From Wickerhamiella versatilis (Eukaryota), in NCBI GenBank assembly GCA_030867685.1, contig JAQOWU010000003.1:496001-560000 (forward strand): DNA of 64,000 nucleotides, written 5' to 3'. The notes beneath the pieces are model-generated. The model was not told the DNA's origin. It ran no database searches and saw only the letters and a program-made list of their open reading frames with translations. Shown here one piece after another: positions 53,856 to 64,000 of this stretch. Each line of letters begins with the position of its first letter. Within the stretch, counting starts at the first letter, position 1. Made by a program: the position numbers and the translations under genes.

Positions 53856-55421
53856 ATGACGGTGGACGACCATAGGAAGCGCAAATCCGACTCAAAGGAT
53901 TCGAAAAAGCACGATTCGAAAAAGCACAAGTCAGAATCAAAGGACTCTAAAAAGAACAAAGTCAAGAAGCACAAGTCAGAGGAGACTGAGAGTCCTAAGA
54001 AACACGCGAAGTCTAAAAAGCATAAGGAGCATGACCACAAGGAAAGTGGAAAGAATGAGGAGAAGAAGGCAGTTGAAAGTACAATTTCCGTAGATAAGCC
54101 TGATGCTCCACCAGCAAGTGCATCTGAGCCATCTGCTGATGAAATTCAAAATTTTCTTGAAGAAAACTCTGTGGGCATTGAGGTTCCAGAGGGTTTCTCG
54201 GAGCTCAAACCATATCTCGAAATGTCACAAGTCCCCGTTAATGCAAATCTCAAGCAATATCTACAGAAGTTCCCACGCCCAACCCCGATTCAGAGTGCGA
54301 CTTGGCCACACCTTTTAGCCGGCAATGATGTAATTGGTGTTGCCGAGACAGGGAGTGGGAAAACATTAGCGTTTGGTCTTCCGCCAGCTCAGAATGACGG
54401 CAAGCCATTCAGCTCGTTGATCATTTCGCCAACCCGTGAATTAGCTATGCAAATTCATGACTCACTGGTTCAACTTCCAGGGCTCAAGTGCTCTTGCGTC
54501 TACGGTGGGGTTCCTCGCATCCAGCAACAAAAGGAATTGGATGCTGTTCGACCATCAGTTGTGGTGGGAACACCTGGCCGAGTTAAAGATCTCATAGGCC
54601 AGGGTTCTCTAAAGACTCAGTCGGTTAATTACTTGGTTCTTGATGAGGCTGATCGAATGCTGGAGAAAGGATTTGAAGAAGATATTAAGGAAATTATTTC
54701 AAGCCTTCCCGTTAAGCGACAAACTGTTATGTTCACAGCAACCTGGCCTCCCGAGGTTCGCCAGCTGGCCTCGACATTCATGAATAGCCAGGTGGTGAAG
54801 GTTTCAGTTGGCGACGCTGATGAGCTCGCGGCTAATAAGCGGATTCAACAAATTGTCGAGGTCATAGATCCGAGTGAGAAAGAAAGGAAACTATTGCAGC
54901 TGCTTCGCGAATATACGCGTAACCGTCAAAAAATTCTCATATTTGCTCTCTACAAGAAGGAGGCATCCCGTATAGAGCGCTTGTTAGTTAACAAAGGCTA
55001 CAGTGTCGCTGCTGTGCACGGAGACCTGGGTCAAGCTCAACGTACAGCAGCTCTGGACGACTTCCGCAGCGGTCGTAAGTCTCTAATGCTTGCGACCGAC
55101 GTTGCGGCGCGTGGTCTTGACATTCCTGCAGTTAAAGTTGTATTAAACTTGACGTTTCCTTTGACAGCAGAGGACTACGTCCACCGAATAGGCCGTACCG
55201 GAAGAGCTGGCCAAACTGGTATTGCTCATACGCTGTTTACAGAGCAAGAGAAGCATTTATCAGGGGCCTTAATCAATGTACTTCGTGGTGCGGATCAGCC
55301 GGTGCCAGAAGAGCTACTGAAATTTGGCTCCCATACAAAAAAGAAGGAGCACAGTCTATATGGTGCATTCTTCCACAACATCGATCCAAACCAAAAGGCG
55401 AAGAAGATTAAATTCGACTAA
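53856..55421 (+). CDS. DBP3: DEAD-box RNA helicase Dbp3
   Basis: K-rich N-terminus, [37 protein letters not shown] and KKKEH..YGAF. Confidence 0.95.
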   Translation: MTVDDHRKRKSDSKDSKKHDSKKHKSESKDSKKNKVKKHKSEETESPKKHAKSKKHKEHDHKESGKNEEKKAVESTISVDKPDAPPASASEPSADEIQNFLEENSVGIEVPEGFSELKPYLEMSQVPVNANLKQYLQKFPRPTPIQSATWPHLLAGNDVIGVAETGSGKTLAFGLPPAQNDGKPFSSLIISPTRELAMQIHDSLVQLPGLKCSCVYGGVPRIQQQKELDAVRPSVVVGTPGRVKDLIGQGSLKTQSVNYLVLDEADRMLEKGFEEDIKEIISSLPVKRQTVMFTATWPPEVRQLASTFMNSQVVKVSVGDADELAANKRIQQIVEVIDPSEKERKLLQLLREYTRNRQKILIFALYKKEASRIERLLVNKGYSVAAVHGDLGQAQRTAALDDFRSGRKSLMLATDVAARGLDIPAVKVVLNLTFPLTAEDYVHRIGRTGRAGQTGIAHTLFTEQEKHLSGALINVLRGADQPVPEELLKFGSHTKKKEHSLYGAFFHNIDPNQKAKKIKFD

Positions 55422-55522
55422 ATATCACTGTACATTATCTTATATTCTGCCATTTATATTTATTTGCCAAAAATGTCTTGTTTTCTTCGAAAAGCAACTC
55501 TTAGTAAGTAATCCTAGGGCAC

Positions 55523-56071
55523 ATGATTGAACTAACCGGATACGCCTCCGGTACTAAACGCCACCTCCTCACTTCAGAACTTGCACAGTCAATTGCAGAA
55601 TTGCTCCCAGATAGGTTGCAACTTCACAATCATTGGGCGCTGAAGTATAGCCTTGAACAGCATGGAGCATCCCTGAACACCTTGTATTCACTTTCTCCTT
55701 CTAATGACGGTCAACAGCATGGATGGGTACTGGTATTGCAAGATGAAGATAGCGGTATTTTTGGTGCTTATCTCAATGAGCCACCTCGCCCTACGGGGGG
55801 TACGCATTATGTGGGGAACGGAACGTCTTTCCTATGGAAATTGACCAAAGCGGGGGTTAAAGGCTTCTTATATACCGGAAAGAATGACTTCATAGCCTTC
55901 TGCTCACATTCTTTCTTCAGCATGGGTGGCGGTGATGGCCTCTATGGACTGTGGATCGACGACAACGTGAATAACGGTGTGTCATACCCAACACCTACAT
56001 TCGACAACGAAACTCTGAGCAAAGAGGGCCCCAAGTTCAAGGTTGTAGCTGCGGAGCTTTGGCAGATATAA
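55523..56071 (+). CDS. OXR1: TLDc-domain oxidation resistance protein
   Basis: YSLEQHGASLNTLY, IFGAY, Y.GNG.SFLWK, GGGDG.YGLWID and TFDNE.LS. Confidence 0.88.
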   Translation: MIELTGYASGTKRHLLTSELAQSIAELLPDRLQLHNHWALKYSLEQHGASLNTLYSLSPSNDGQQHGWVLVLQDEDSGIFGAYLNEPPRPTGGTHYVGNGTSFLWKLTKAGVKGFLYTGKNDFIAFCSHSFFSMGGGDGLYGLWIDDNVNNGVSYPTPTFDNETLSKEGPKFKVVAAELWQI

Positions 56072-56130
56072 TTAATTAGCTTTGAAGTTTTACATAGTTC
56101 TTTACTGTTTTAAAAGCATGACATCGATGA

Positions 56131-56517
56131 CTAGACGAGCCGTTTTACGCGGTCTGTCGCTGCTGCAAACTCCACAGGGAAATTGGAGCCTATCACATTA
56201 TTTAAAGTGGCCATTTGGCTTTGAAGCCATGCAATGTCTGATTGAATGCGTTTAATTAATTCCTTTCCCTCTTGAGCACGCTCCTTGACCTGAGGTAGTC
56301 GTTCTTTAACCTGTTGCACAAGTTTATTTAGTTCTCCTGTCTGTGCGTGGAGCATTCCTGAAAGCCTGGCCTGTATAACCAAGGCACGGTCAAGCGGCAG
56401 TGGGTCATAGGCAGCTACAAGTTCTTCAGCAACACGATGCTCTGATGATTCTTCGATTGCTGCAATTGAAGCAGCAGAGCCAGCATATGAGTCGCTGTCG
56501 CTACTTTCTGTGGACAT
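56131..56517 (-). CDS. KXD1: BLOC-1 subunit Kxd1 (KxDL family)
   Basis: LDRALVIQA..SG.L, a coiled coil, I.SDI.W and FPVEF..A. Confidence 0.78.
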   Translation of the reverse strand: MSTESSDSDSYAGSAASIAAIEESSEHRVAEELVAAYDPLPLDRALVIQARLSGMLHAQTGELNKLVQQVKERLPQVKERAQEGKELIKRIQSDIAWLQSQMATLNNVIGSNFPVEFAAATDRVKRLV

Positions 56518-56597
56518 ATGAGCCAGCTAAAAGCTGGAAAGATAGTACAATGGAAGAAACGAACAACCCTGCCCTTAGTCAGAGAGGATAGATTGGC

Positions 56598-58898
56598 ATG
56601 AGCCATTCCCGGTTGAGGCCGTTCGGCTTTTTATTCGAAAAGAGCCTTAAAGACCTCATACGTGGGATTCGTGCCAGGAAATCTGCTGATGGGGTTCAAG
56701 CTTATATTCGGGAAGTCATCGCGGAATGTCGTGAGGAGGTTCGATCGCCAGATCTTGATACCAAAACCACGGCTATCTTGAAATTAGCTTACCTCGAGAT
56801 GTTTGGATATGATATGTCTTGGGCTGGATTTCATGTATTAGAGGTGATGGCCTCTCCCGGTTTCCAGCAAAAACGTATTGGTTACATTGCCGCAATGCAG
56901 TCGTTTGGGGGAGACGCGGAGCTACTCATGCTCTCTACAAACTTATTAAAAACAGACCTAGCATCGTCTGACTCTGGTTTACCCCGAGTTAGCATAGCTC
57001 TTAGTGGTATCGCAACGATGGTCACCCCTCTACTGGCAGCTGATGTGGTAGATGATATATTGCGCATGCTAACCCATTCATCGCCATATATCCGGAAAAA
57101 AGCTGTCATTGCAATGCACAAGGTTTGCCTGAAATATCCACAATCTTTAGATGAGGTTTTACCGCGGATTGGAGAGAAATTGGAGGATGAAGATTCGTCT
57201 GTGGTAGGAGCAGCTGTAAGCGTCATAGGGGAGTTTTGCTATCACACAAACGAGATTCGACGCTTTATAGAGCTTGCTCCCCAGCTCTATGAGCTATTAT
57301 TGTCAAGCCATAACAATTGGACCATAATCAAGCTTCTCAAGCTCTTCGCACGATTTAGTCTTGCCGAACCTCGGTTGCGAACCCGGTTACTTCCTGCTGT
57401 TCGCTCGCTTATGGATACAAGCCCTGCGACATCTCTAACTTATGAATGTGTTGCTTGTATTCTCCAAGGTCAATTTCTTTCACCTGATAACAGTGAGCTC
57501 GCTTCTGCGGTAGTGAGCAAAATTCGACTTCTGATAGAGGAGAATGACCAAAATTTGAAGTTTGTTGGACTGCTTGCATTAGGAGAATTAGCAGATATCA
57601 ATCCTGAATTCATTGAATCAACCGAGTTTCTTGTGTTGGGGAATCTCCAAGATCCTGATCCAGTCATTCGACAAAGGGTACTTGGAATGCTACCTCATGT
57701 GGTTAATGATGATAATCTTGAGGATATTGTCATGAAACTTATGGATAAACCAGAGGTTTCGTCTATCATAGAACTTTGTTCCATCAACCAGTATGCCTAC
57801 CTGCCTAACTTTGAATGGTACGCTGACATATTGCAACAGCTAGCGCAGCGCACTTATTCTGATCATAATGCTGGCAAATTGATTGGTGCGCAAATAATGG
57901 ATATTGCCATTAGAGTTCGATCTGCCCGTAGTCAGATTATCGAAGTTGCCGCTGGTCTCGCTTTGGATCGGAGGCTGTCGACACAACAGCCTGAACTTTT
58001 AAATAGCTGTTTGTGGGTGTTGGGTGAGTATATTGATAGCTACATTACGTCCTTGAATGTTGAAACTATTCCCGTGCTAGTTTCACACCTCACGGCATTG
58101 AGTGTTGTGAGTCCTGCTTTGGTGGTAGCCCTTGCCAAAATATTCTTGCACTATACGCGCTTGTCAGAAAATATCGACGGTATGAAAAACTTGCTTCAGC
58201 AAGTCTTGAAAGGTATGGAATCTTTCTATGGCTCACGCGACCTCGAAGTTCGCGAACGTGCGTCGGAATTCTGTGAGCTCTTTCGACTAGGCAGCGAATC
58301 GTTCGATCAAACAGATGAGGTGCCTCCATTCATTAGTGAAGGAATGACTGGTTTATTTAGCGGCAATATCGTTCCTGTGGCGCCAAACACACAACTGCGT
58401 ATACAGCTTCCTACAGACGTAGATTGGGAAACTCCTGTGGAGTATGAACTCAATGCTGAACTCTCGGCGTCCGAACCGGAACCAGAGCCAGAGCCAGAGC
58501 CATTTCGTGAAACAGATGCATATGAGCAATCTGGCGGGGCTACTGAAAGAGAAGAACAGGAGCGTCGACCATACTACATTTCTTCTTCACCTGCCCTTGA
58601 GAGTCGCGAAGTTTCTATCAAGAGTGAACCATCGCAAGAGAGTAAAGCGAAAAAGAGAACCCAGAAGGTCAAGGTTGAAATTGCGGCAGATGTCGATCCT
58701 ATAGGGGATAACGTTAGTCCCGAACCGATCCCAGCGGAGCCAGTAGCTGAACGAAGATCCCTATTCCAAAGCGGATTTCAGACAAGTAACGGTGTATTGG
58801 ACCCGCGCAGCTCAGAGGAACCAGTTGTTGTGCGGCACAAGAAGAAAAAGAAGCACAGCCACAAACACAAACACCAGAAGAAACCCGAAGTTAATTAA
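56598..58898 (+). CDS. APL5: AP-3 complex delta adaptin
   Basis: LRPFG..FEKSLKDLIRGIR, LAYLEMFGYDMSWA.FHVLEVM and NNW.IIKLLKLF. Confidence 0.94.
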   Translation: MSHSRLRPFGFLFEKSLKDLIRGIRARKSADGVQAYIREVIAECREEVRSPDLDTKTTAILKLAYLEMFGYDMSWAGFHVLEVMASPGFQQKRIGYIAAMQSFGGDAELLMLSTNLLKTDLASSDSGLPRVSIALSGIATMVTPLLAADVVDDILRMLTHSSPYIRKKAVIAMHKVCLKYPQSLDEVLPRIGEKLEDEDSSVVGAAVSVIGEFCYHTNEIRRFIELAPQLYELLLSSHNNWTIIKLLKLFARFSLAEPRLRTRLLPAVRSLMDTSPATSLTYECVACILQGQFLSPDNSELASAVVSKIRLLIEENDQNLKFVGLLALGELADINPEFIESTEFLVLGNLQDPDPVIRQRVLGMLPHVVNDDNLEDIVMKLMDKPEVSSIIELCSINQYAYLPNFEWYADILQQLAQRTYSDHNAGKLIGAQIMDIAIRVRSARSQIIEVAAGLALDRRLSTQQPELLNSCLWVLGEYIDSYITSLNVETIPVLVSHLTALSVVSPALVVALAKIFLHYTRLSENIDGMKNLLQQVLKGMESFYGSRDLEVRERASEFCELFRLGSESFDQTDEVPPFISEGMTGLFSGNIVPVAPNTQLRIQLPTDVDWETPVEYELNAELSASEPEPEPEPEPFRETDAYEQSGGATEREEQERRPYYISSSPALESREVSIKSEPSQESKAKKRTQKVKVEIAADVDPIGDNVSPEPIPAEPVAERRSLFQSGFQTSNGVLDPRSSEEPVVVRHKKKKKHSHKHKHQKKPEVN

Positions 58899-59076
58899 TG
58901 GACCATCATTCCGCATTGACCTTGTCCCCTAAATGAGTATACATTTAACCCTAGCTATCCGATGAAATATTAGCATGTATAGTAGGGAAATATTTTGTAA
59001 CATTTAAATATCAATATCGCCCCATAGAAAATGAAATTAAGAATTTTGGTTAGTAACACAGTTTGAGGCAGATGGT

Positions 59077-60333
59077 ATGGCGTACCAATTCCAAGATCCA
59101 GGAGCACTGGTAGCACTACGTATAACTGTGAATGCATTCTCGAAAATTGGCGATCAAATATTTATTCATGCGCAGCCTTCTTTGTTGCGACTTGAGGCCA
59201 GTAACAAAAGTCTCTCGATCTCTGCTCGCGCTGACTTCCCTCAATCCACTTGGTCAGGTCCAGGTGATAACCGAATTGCCCAGGTCCAATCCCGTGCGCT
59301 TGATTCTACTCTAACAAATCTTCAGGGTGTGAGAGTTCGTAACCTTCGATGGAAATTTCGCGTTCCTCGTAGGGGCTCAGAAAGCCTCGAGATCCGGTTC
59401 CAGTTGAGCAGTGGAGTGGAAAAAACATTCAGTTTACCTATTCTTGAACCTCGCTCTAATGACCAGACACCTCATCACCTGGTTTATGGGATCACACAAA
59501 CCAACCAACCTCAAGCGCATGGGCATCATCATCAAGGTCACCACTACACTCTTAGTATACCAGTGGCAAGCATGCGAGAGCTCCTTAGCCACACTGCAGC
59601 ACCTGCTGATGAGCTCGAGCTACGTTTCAGTCCGGCAGGTGAGGTGGTGCTCAGAACATACAGACATCCGGCTACCTCTGGAAGGCGGGATCGGACACGT
59701 GGGGTGCTCAATTTAGACCTCAGCACACATATTCAAGTAGGACTTGGAAGTTTTCGACAGCTCATTGTGTGTGCTCCATGGAACGGAGGGCTCAGGCTGA
59801 AAGAGTTTCGAATTATGCTTCAATTCCTCCAACAAATGCCACGAATGGGAATACTCAATGCAGAATTCCGTGGACCAGGATGTCCATTTGTCTGTCACGG
59901 ATATAATGACGGTGAATCAGGCCCTTCGTTCAGCTTTGTATTTTTAACAAAACCACTAGTGACCACTCACAATTCGCGACCGCGGTGGCTCCGTGTTGGT
60001 CAGCCTCCAGAGGCATCTAATAATGAGCGCGAAGAGCCAGTACTGGAACCATCTAGTAATGCACAGCCTTCTGAGGGGCTTGACCTTTCAACAGATTCGA
60101 CACCGCATCAGGCGCTGAGTGCACATAGATCTACACGACAGTCCTCAAGAGTTCAAAACCCACAATCAGTCCATCAGCGGTCGCATCGGCAATTCACACC
60201 CCTTGCATCTACAGCGAGTGGTTTGACTGAGCTGACAGGATCTACTTCGACTGAGCAATTGTTCGTTGATGAGAATGTTGAAGAAATTGGCCTTACACAA
60301 GGTGCCGAGCCATCGAAAGGTCTATTTGAATGA
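59077..60333 (+). CDS. 9-1-1 checkpoint clamp subunit Rad9/Ddc1
   Basis: FSKIGD.I.I......L.L...NKS.S, SGVEKTF, LKEFR..L.F, F.GPG.P and an S/T-rich disordered tail. Confidence 0.75.
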   Translation: MAYQFQDPGALVALRITVNAFSKIGDQIFIHAQPSLLRLEASNKSLSISARADFPQSTWSGPGDNRIAQVQSRALDSTLTNLQGVRVRNLRWKFRVPRRGSESLEIRFQLSSGVEKTFSLPILEPRSNDQTPHHLVYGITQTNQPQAHGHHHQGHHYTLSIPVASMRELLSHTAAPADELELRFSPAGEVVLRTYRHPATSGRRDRTRGVLNLDLSTHIQVGLGSFRQLIVCAPWNGGLRLKEFRIMLQFLQQMPRMGILNAEFRGPGCPFVCHGYNDGESGPSFSFVFLTKPLVTTHNSRPRWLRVGQPPEASNNEREEPVLEPSSNAQPSEGLDLSTDSTPHQALSAHRSTRQSSRVQNPQSVHQRSHRQFTPLASTASGLTELTGSTSTEQLFVDENVEEIGLTQGAEPSKGLFE

Positions 60334-60635
60334 TGTAGTATAAATGCATTCCTTCTGGAATGACCCGGCGCTGGCGTCTGGGATTAAAATGTTGGCGAGC
60401 CTTGCATATACCTATCTAGGAGGCCGTCTAGGGTTACAATGGTTTAAGTATAGTCGCAAAAAAATCCCGTTAAGTCTAAATTTTGGTATTTCTTTGCCGT
60501 GTAGCTCGAAATGCCTTCTGGTGTGCTTCTCAGCCACAGTCGCGCACGTTCTCACACATACTTATATCTTTGAGCGTATCCTAACACTCACCACAAAGGA
60601 CCACATATCTATCCATTGCTTTGAGAGAAATTTCT

Positions 60636-60989
60636 TCATTTGTTTTGAGTTGGTGATGCTCCATCCGAATTATCTTCCTGAGTAAACCCAACATATTTCA
60701 GGTAGCGATATCCTTGACCAAGCTGAGCTCCCTCATTAACAAAGTGACATCCAAAGAGCAAGGGGTTCCAAGGGCGAACTTGGGTGGCATAGCGCATGAA
60801 GACAAGGCTGTACACAATGAGGGCGCTGGTCATGCTAGGGGATACCAAATCAGGGTCCTTCTTCAGATCAACAATAGCGGCAAAAGGTATCCCAAAGTTA
60901 GACACAGGTCCCCAAAAATGGGTGGAGCACACGTACTTCAAAGATTCTTTGCTGAACAGGAAATCAGTCGCCTTCTTATACCAACTCAT
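60636..60989 (-). CDS. MPC1: Mitochondrial pyruvate carrier 1
   Basis: [35 protein letters not shown] and LLFGCH..NE.AQL.QG. ATG at 60989. Confidence 0.93.
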   Translation of the reverse strand: MSWYKKATDFLFSKESLKYVCSTHFWGPVSNFGIPFAAIVDLKKDPDLVSPSMTSALIVYSLVFMRYATQVRPWNPLLFGCHFVNEGAQLGQGYRYLKYVGFTQEDNSDGASPTQNK

Positions 60990-61340
60990 ATCGTTGGTGC
61001 TGACTGAACCCCACTTTAAACTCGAAACCCTTCTTCCGACAGAGGATGCGTAAGCCAAATGCTCTATGTTCCTCTTTATTCGTTTATTCTGATCCATATT
61101 AGAAGTAGGTTCCATAAATAAACAATGCAAACAAGTCATTCTAGTACTAAGATTCAGTGGTTACAATTAGCTACGTTGTTATATTGGCTGGGGAAGAGTT
61201 ATGAGGTGGATCAAGTTGTTACATAATGAAGTTTCTATTGATCAAATAATAAATTCACGAGGTCTTAGCCAGGAACAGCTCTAATATAAGTATTGTTCTA
61301 TATCTGGCATCCTATTCTTTTACTTGTAACCGAAAGTATT

Positions 61341-61826
61341 ATGGAGCCAGTTCAGAAAAAAAGGAAGACGGATGGGGATATTTCATTCGTGAGTCCTGAT
61401 ATCTTAGAAGCCTCGAAAGACATTGAGAAATGGATCGCCGAACGGCGGAAAAATTGGCCGACACGCGAAAGAGTAGCTGCTCGGGCTGCTGCAAATCCTG
61501 ATGCAAACCCTGATGCAAACCCTGATGCTGAAGATGTTGCGAAACCGAACTTGCAGTCGGCCAAGGTCTCGACCAAGTCTAATTCTTCCCCGCAATCTCG
61601 CCCCGTTCAAACCCGAATTTGCCGATTCTATGTCAAGGGTAATTGTCGCGCTGGTAATAGATGCCGATTCGCTCACCAAAAAGAGTCAACGGTTCCCAAG
61701 CGTTACGAGCCGCCCCCTAAGGCAAGTCTTTTTTTGAAGCTAGTACAGTCAGACCATGATGTGGAGGATGAATTACTACTGGACTTTATTTACTATTTAT
61801 CAGAGAAAGGGCGACTGAAGCATTGA
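61341..61826 (+). CDS. RSA1: NUFIP1/Rsa1-like snoRNP assembly factor with a CCCH zinc finger
   Basis: DIEKWIAERRKNWPT, CRFYVKGNCRAGNRCRFAH and SLFLKLV..D...E...LL.FI.YL. Confidence 0.78.
   Translation: MEPVQKKRKTDGDISFVSPDILEASKDIEKWIAERRKNWPTRERVAARAAANPDANPDANPDAEDVAKPNLQSAKVSTKSNSSPQSRPVQTRICRFYVKGNCRAGNRCRFAHQKESTVPKRYEPPPKASLFLKLVQSDHDVEDELLLDFIYYLSEKGRLKH
61491..61526 (+). repeat. 12-bp coding tandem repeat x3 (ANPD)
   Basis: gcaaa(t/c)cctgat repeated three times. Confidence 0.85.
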
Positions 61827-61895
61827 TATTATAGCGCCCCCTTCTTCTTACATAGGCTAATACCAATTAAGACAATAGACCAAAAGGCTTTGCCA

Positions 61896-62879
61896 CTACT
61901 GCTTGAGTGGCGCGAAGTAGGGATGTTTCATTGCTTCCTTTGCGGTCAATCTCTCTTGGTGATCATACCGTAACAATTTGTCCATAAAATCTATAGCCTC
62001 AGGAGTTACCAAATGTTTGTTTTCCTGTTTGATAAAGCTGTTCCAGGACTTTTTCGGAAAATACCCGATTAAGTCGTCATATTCGTGACCGAGTTTAAGC
62101 TCGTATTTATCAAGGTAGGCATACAGCCCGTCAGTGCCCAGAACCTTCGCTATTTTCACCAGCTGGTCAGTATTTGACGTTCCGTGAAAGAACGGATCCT
62201 TCCTGAAGATCATTGCGGCGAACATGGCACCCAAAGACCACATGTCGAGGGAATAGTCGTATTGTTGGAAGTTAACCAAAAGTTCAGGGCCTTTAAAACA
62301 GCGCGAGGCGACACGAACGTTGTATTCCATACCCATGTGGTAAAATTCTGCAAGACCCCAATCTATCAATCGCAAGACTTTTCGTTCGTGGTCGATCATG
62401 ACATTATGGGGCTTCACGTCACGATGCATAATTCCCTTTGAATGACAATAGTCCAGGGCCTTGATGATTTCATAGACATAGAATCGGATTTCAAGATCCG
62501 AAAGCTTTGGATAAAGAATGCGGAAATCAGTGTTGTTGACGTACTCGAAGATGAGCGAGGGAGTCTTCGACAGTGGGTCACGGACAACGTCAAGCAAGGT
62601 GACAACGTTTGCCCCCCCTGTCAAGTTCTGAAGAATCTTAATTTCACGCTTGATCTTCTTCTTCTTAACAGGTTTAAGGACCTTAATGACACATTTAGCG
62701 TTGTTTTGCACGTTAATCCCCTCAAATGCTTCTGAGTATTTTCCACGGCCGATCTTGCGGACAACCTCGTAGTCCGACTGGCGGCCCCAAAGAATAGCGA
62801 CGTTGTCATAATCCCAGTAGCTACTGGGCATTTTCAGATTGTAGTCCGCATATATCCGCGCAACACTCTGCTTCACCAT
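61896..62879 (-). CDS. CKA1: Casein kinase II catalytic subunit
   Basis: [38 protein letters not shown] and [14 protein letters not shown]. The CKA1 versus CKA2 assignment is tentative. Confidence 0.9.
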   Translation of the reverse strand: MVKQSVARIYADYNLKMPSSYWDYDNVAILWGRQSDYEVVRKIGRGKYSEAFEGINVQNNAKCVIKVLKPVKKKKIKREIKILQNLTGGANVVTLLDVVRDPLSKTPSLIFEYVNNTDFRILYPKLSDLEIRFYVYEIIKALDYCHSKGIMHRDVKPHNVMIDHERKVLRLIDWGLAEFYHMGMEYNVRVASRCFKGPELLVNFQQYDYSLDMWSLGAMFAAMIFRKDPFFHGTSNTDQLVKIAKVLGTDGLYAYLDKYELKLGHEYDDLIGYFPKKSWNSFIKQENKHLVTPEAIDFMDKLLRYDHQERLTAKEAMKHPYFAPLKQ

Positions 62880-63136
62880 GGCTTATGTCGACTCTTGGGT
62901 TACGCTGACAAACGTGAGTGTCAAGAACAGAAATTTTGTCGGTGGCCGCACATGCAAGCATATGTGAAATTATTATTGTTCTGATCATGAAATACTACAT
63001 ATTTTTTTGCTCGATATTTACCTTTCTATTCTAGACGTTAAGATTTTTACTGCAACGTACTTTTGCATCACGTGAGTATATTACAGGTTCCGCTGACGAA
63101 AGCAAAACCAAAGGACCTCAGTGTAAACACCGTAGA

Positions 63137-64000
63137 ATGGACGTTAAGGAAATTCTGCGTCGAGCGATTGATGGTAAGGTCGATTCAAGTGTGCGTGCGG
63201 CAGCGCTGGCGCAGCTGCAGACGGCAGCTCGTGACTACTTCGTGCCTTATGTTGGCATGTTGGTACAAACATTGGCCGACACCAGCACTGACGATCAAAC
63301 CCGTATGGTTGCAGCCCTGGCTCTGAAAAATGAGCTTACAGCAAAGAATCAGCGTACACGTCATGCCCAGGCAGAAAGATGGAGCGCTATTGATCCTGCA
63401 GTACGAGCTGAAGTAAAGCACGCTGCACTGACGTCCCTGGAAACTCAAGTCGAGCCAGTAGCAAATGCAGCGGCTCAACTTGTTGCAGCTATTGCAGACA
63501 TTGAACTTCCTCTCGGTGAATGGCCGGAGCTCCCTGGCATTCTGGTGGAGTCAACCCGTGCTGATCGGCCAGTTAATATAAAACGAGCGAGCCTGGTAGC
63601 GATTGGCTACATTTGTGAGTCGGCAGATCCAAATAACCCGATGGTAACTTCTCACATGGATGGCTTCCTCACTGCAATTATTCAAGGAGCCCAGAAAGAG
63701 GAGCCTAATGAAGGGGTACGACTTACTGCTTTAAATGCTCTGGTAAATTCCCTTGAGTTCATTAGGCGAAACTTCGCTCAGGATAATGAGCGTAACTACA
63801 TCATGCAAGTGGTCTGTGAGGCGACGCAGGCGTCAACTACTGAGTTACAGAGTGCAGCGTTCGGTGCGCTGAGTCGGATTATGTCCCTCTACTACGTTTA
63901 TATGAGACCGTACATGGAAGCAGCTCTTTTCCAGCTTACCATCACGGGTATGCAGAGTGAGGATGAGGGTGTGGCATGTATTGCTTTAGAATTCTGGTCA
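63137..64000 (+). CDS. KAP95: Importin beta-1, 5' part; runs off window end
   Basis: Manual translation: MDVKEIL...AALALKNELTAK...AAQLVAAIADIELPLGEWPEL...IGYICES...LTAIIQGA...ERNYIMQVVCEATQ...ALEFWS. Confidence 0.93.
   Translation, partial: MDVKEILRRAIDGKVDSSVRAAALAQLQTAARDYFVPYVGMLVQTLADTSTDDQTRMVAALALKNELTAKNQRTRHAQAERWSAIDPAVRAEVKHAALTSLETQVEPVANAAAQLVAAIADIELPLGEWPELPGILVESTRADRPVNIKRASLVAIGYICESADPNNPMVTSHMDGFLTAIIQGAQKEEPNEGVRLTALNALVNSLEFIRRNFAQDNERNYIMQVVCEATQASTTELQSAAFGALSRIMSLYYVYMRPYMEAALFQLTITGMQSEDEGVACIALEFWS

Noticed and set aside
60344-60685. 113-aa plus-strand ORF
   Set aside because: No recognisable homology; overlaps the MPC1 3' end and terminator region.

Overview
Gene-dense, intron-poor eukaryotic DNA from a budding yeast (Saccharomycotina). 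The compaction and gene content suggest the Wickerhamiella/Starmerella or another Dipodascomycete lineage, which is inference only. CUG reads as Leu, e.g. in the conserved RRLEAGAM motif of MCM3. There are about 40 protein-coding genes, mostly housekeeping: PST2-like, YSA1, TAF12, a MAPK, DIP2, PLB, MST1, LSC1, MDM31, eIF4E, DAL3, SSC1, NSP1, RSR1, CIN4, MCM3, SPF1, LCB4, TAN1, EMC4, POP7, VNX1, L2HGDH, MSS2, CCDC47, ARG81, TAF13, ERO1, DBP3, OXR1, KXD1, APL5, Rad9/Ddc1, MPC1, RSA1, CK2alpha and KAP95. I saw no tRNA, rRNA, transposon or CRISPR. Most notable: (1) a UFL1-like (UFM1 E3 ligase) gene lacking the E2-binding N-terminal helix, although model yeasts lack UFMylation; (2) an ARG81-like transcription factor whose intact Zn2Cys6 domain has no in-frame AUG and lies 18 bp head-to-head with TAF13; (3) an MCB-preceded mini-Cdt1 made of only the C-terminal domain; (4) a DAL3 with an unexplained C-terminal extension; (5) HsbA-like and sulfotransferase-like accessory genes; (6) a candidate C/D snoRNA. 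All homology calls come from remembered motifs, not from database searches.
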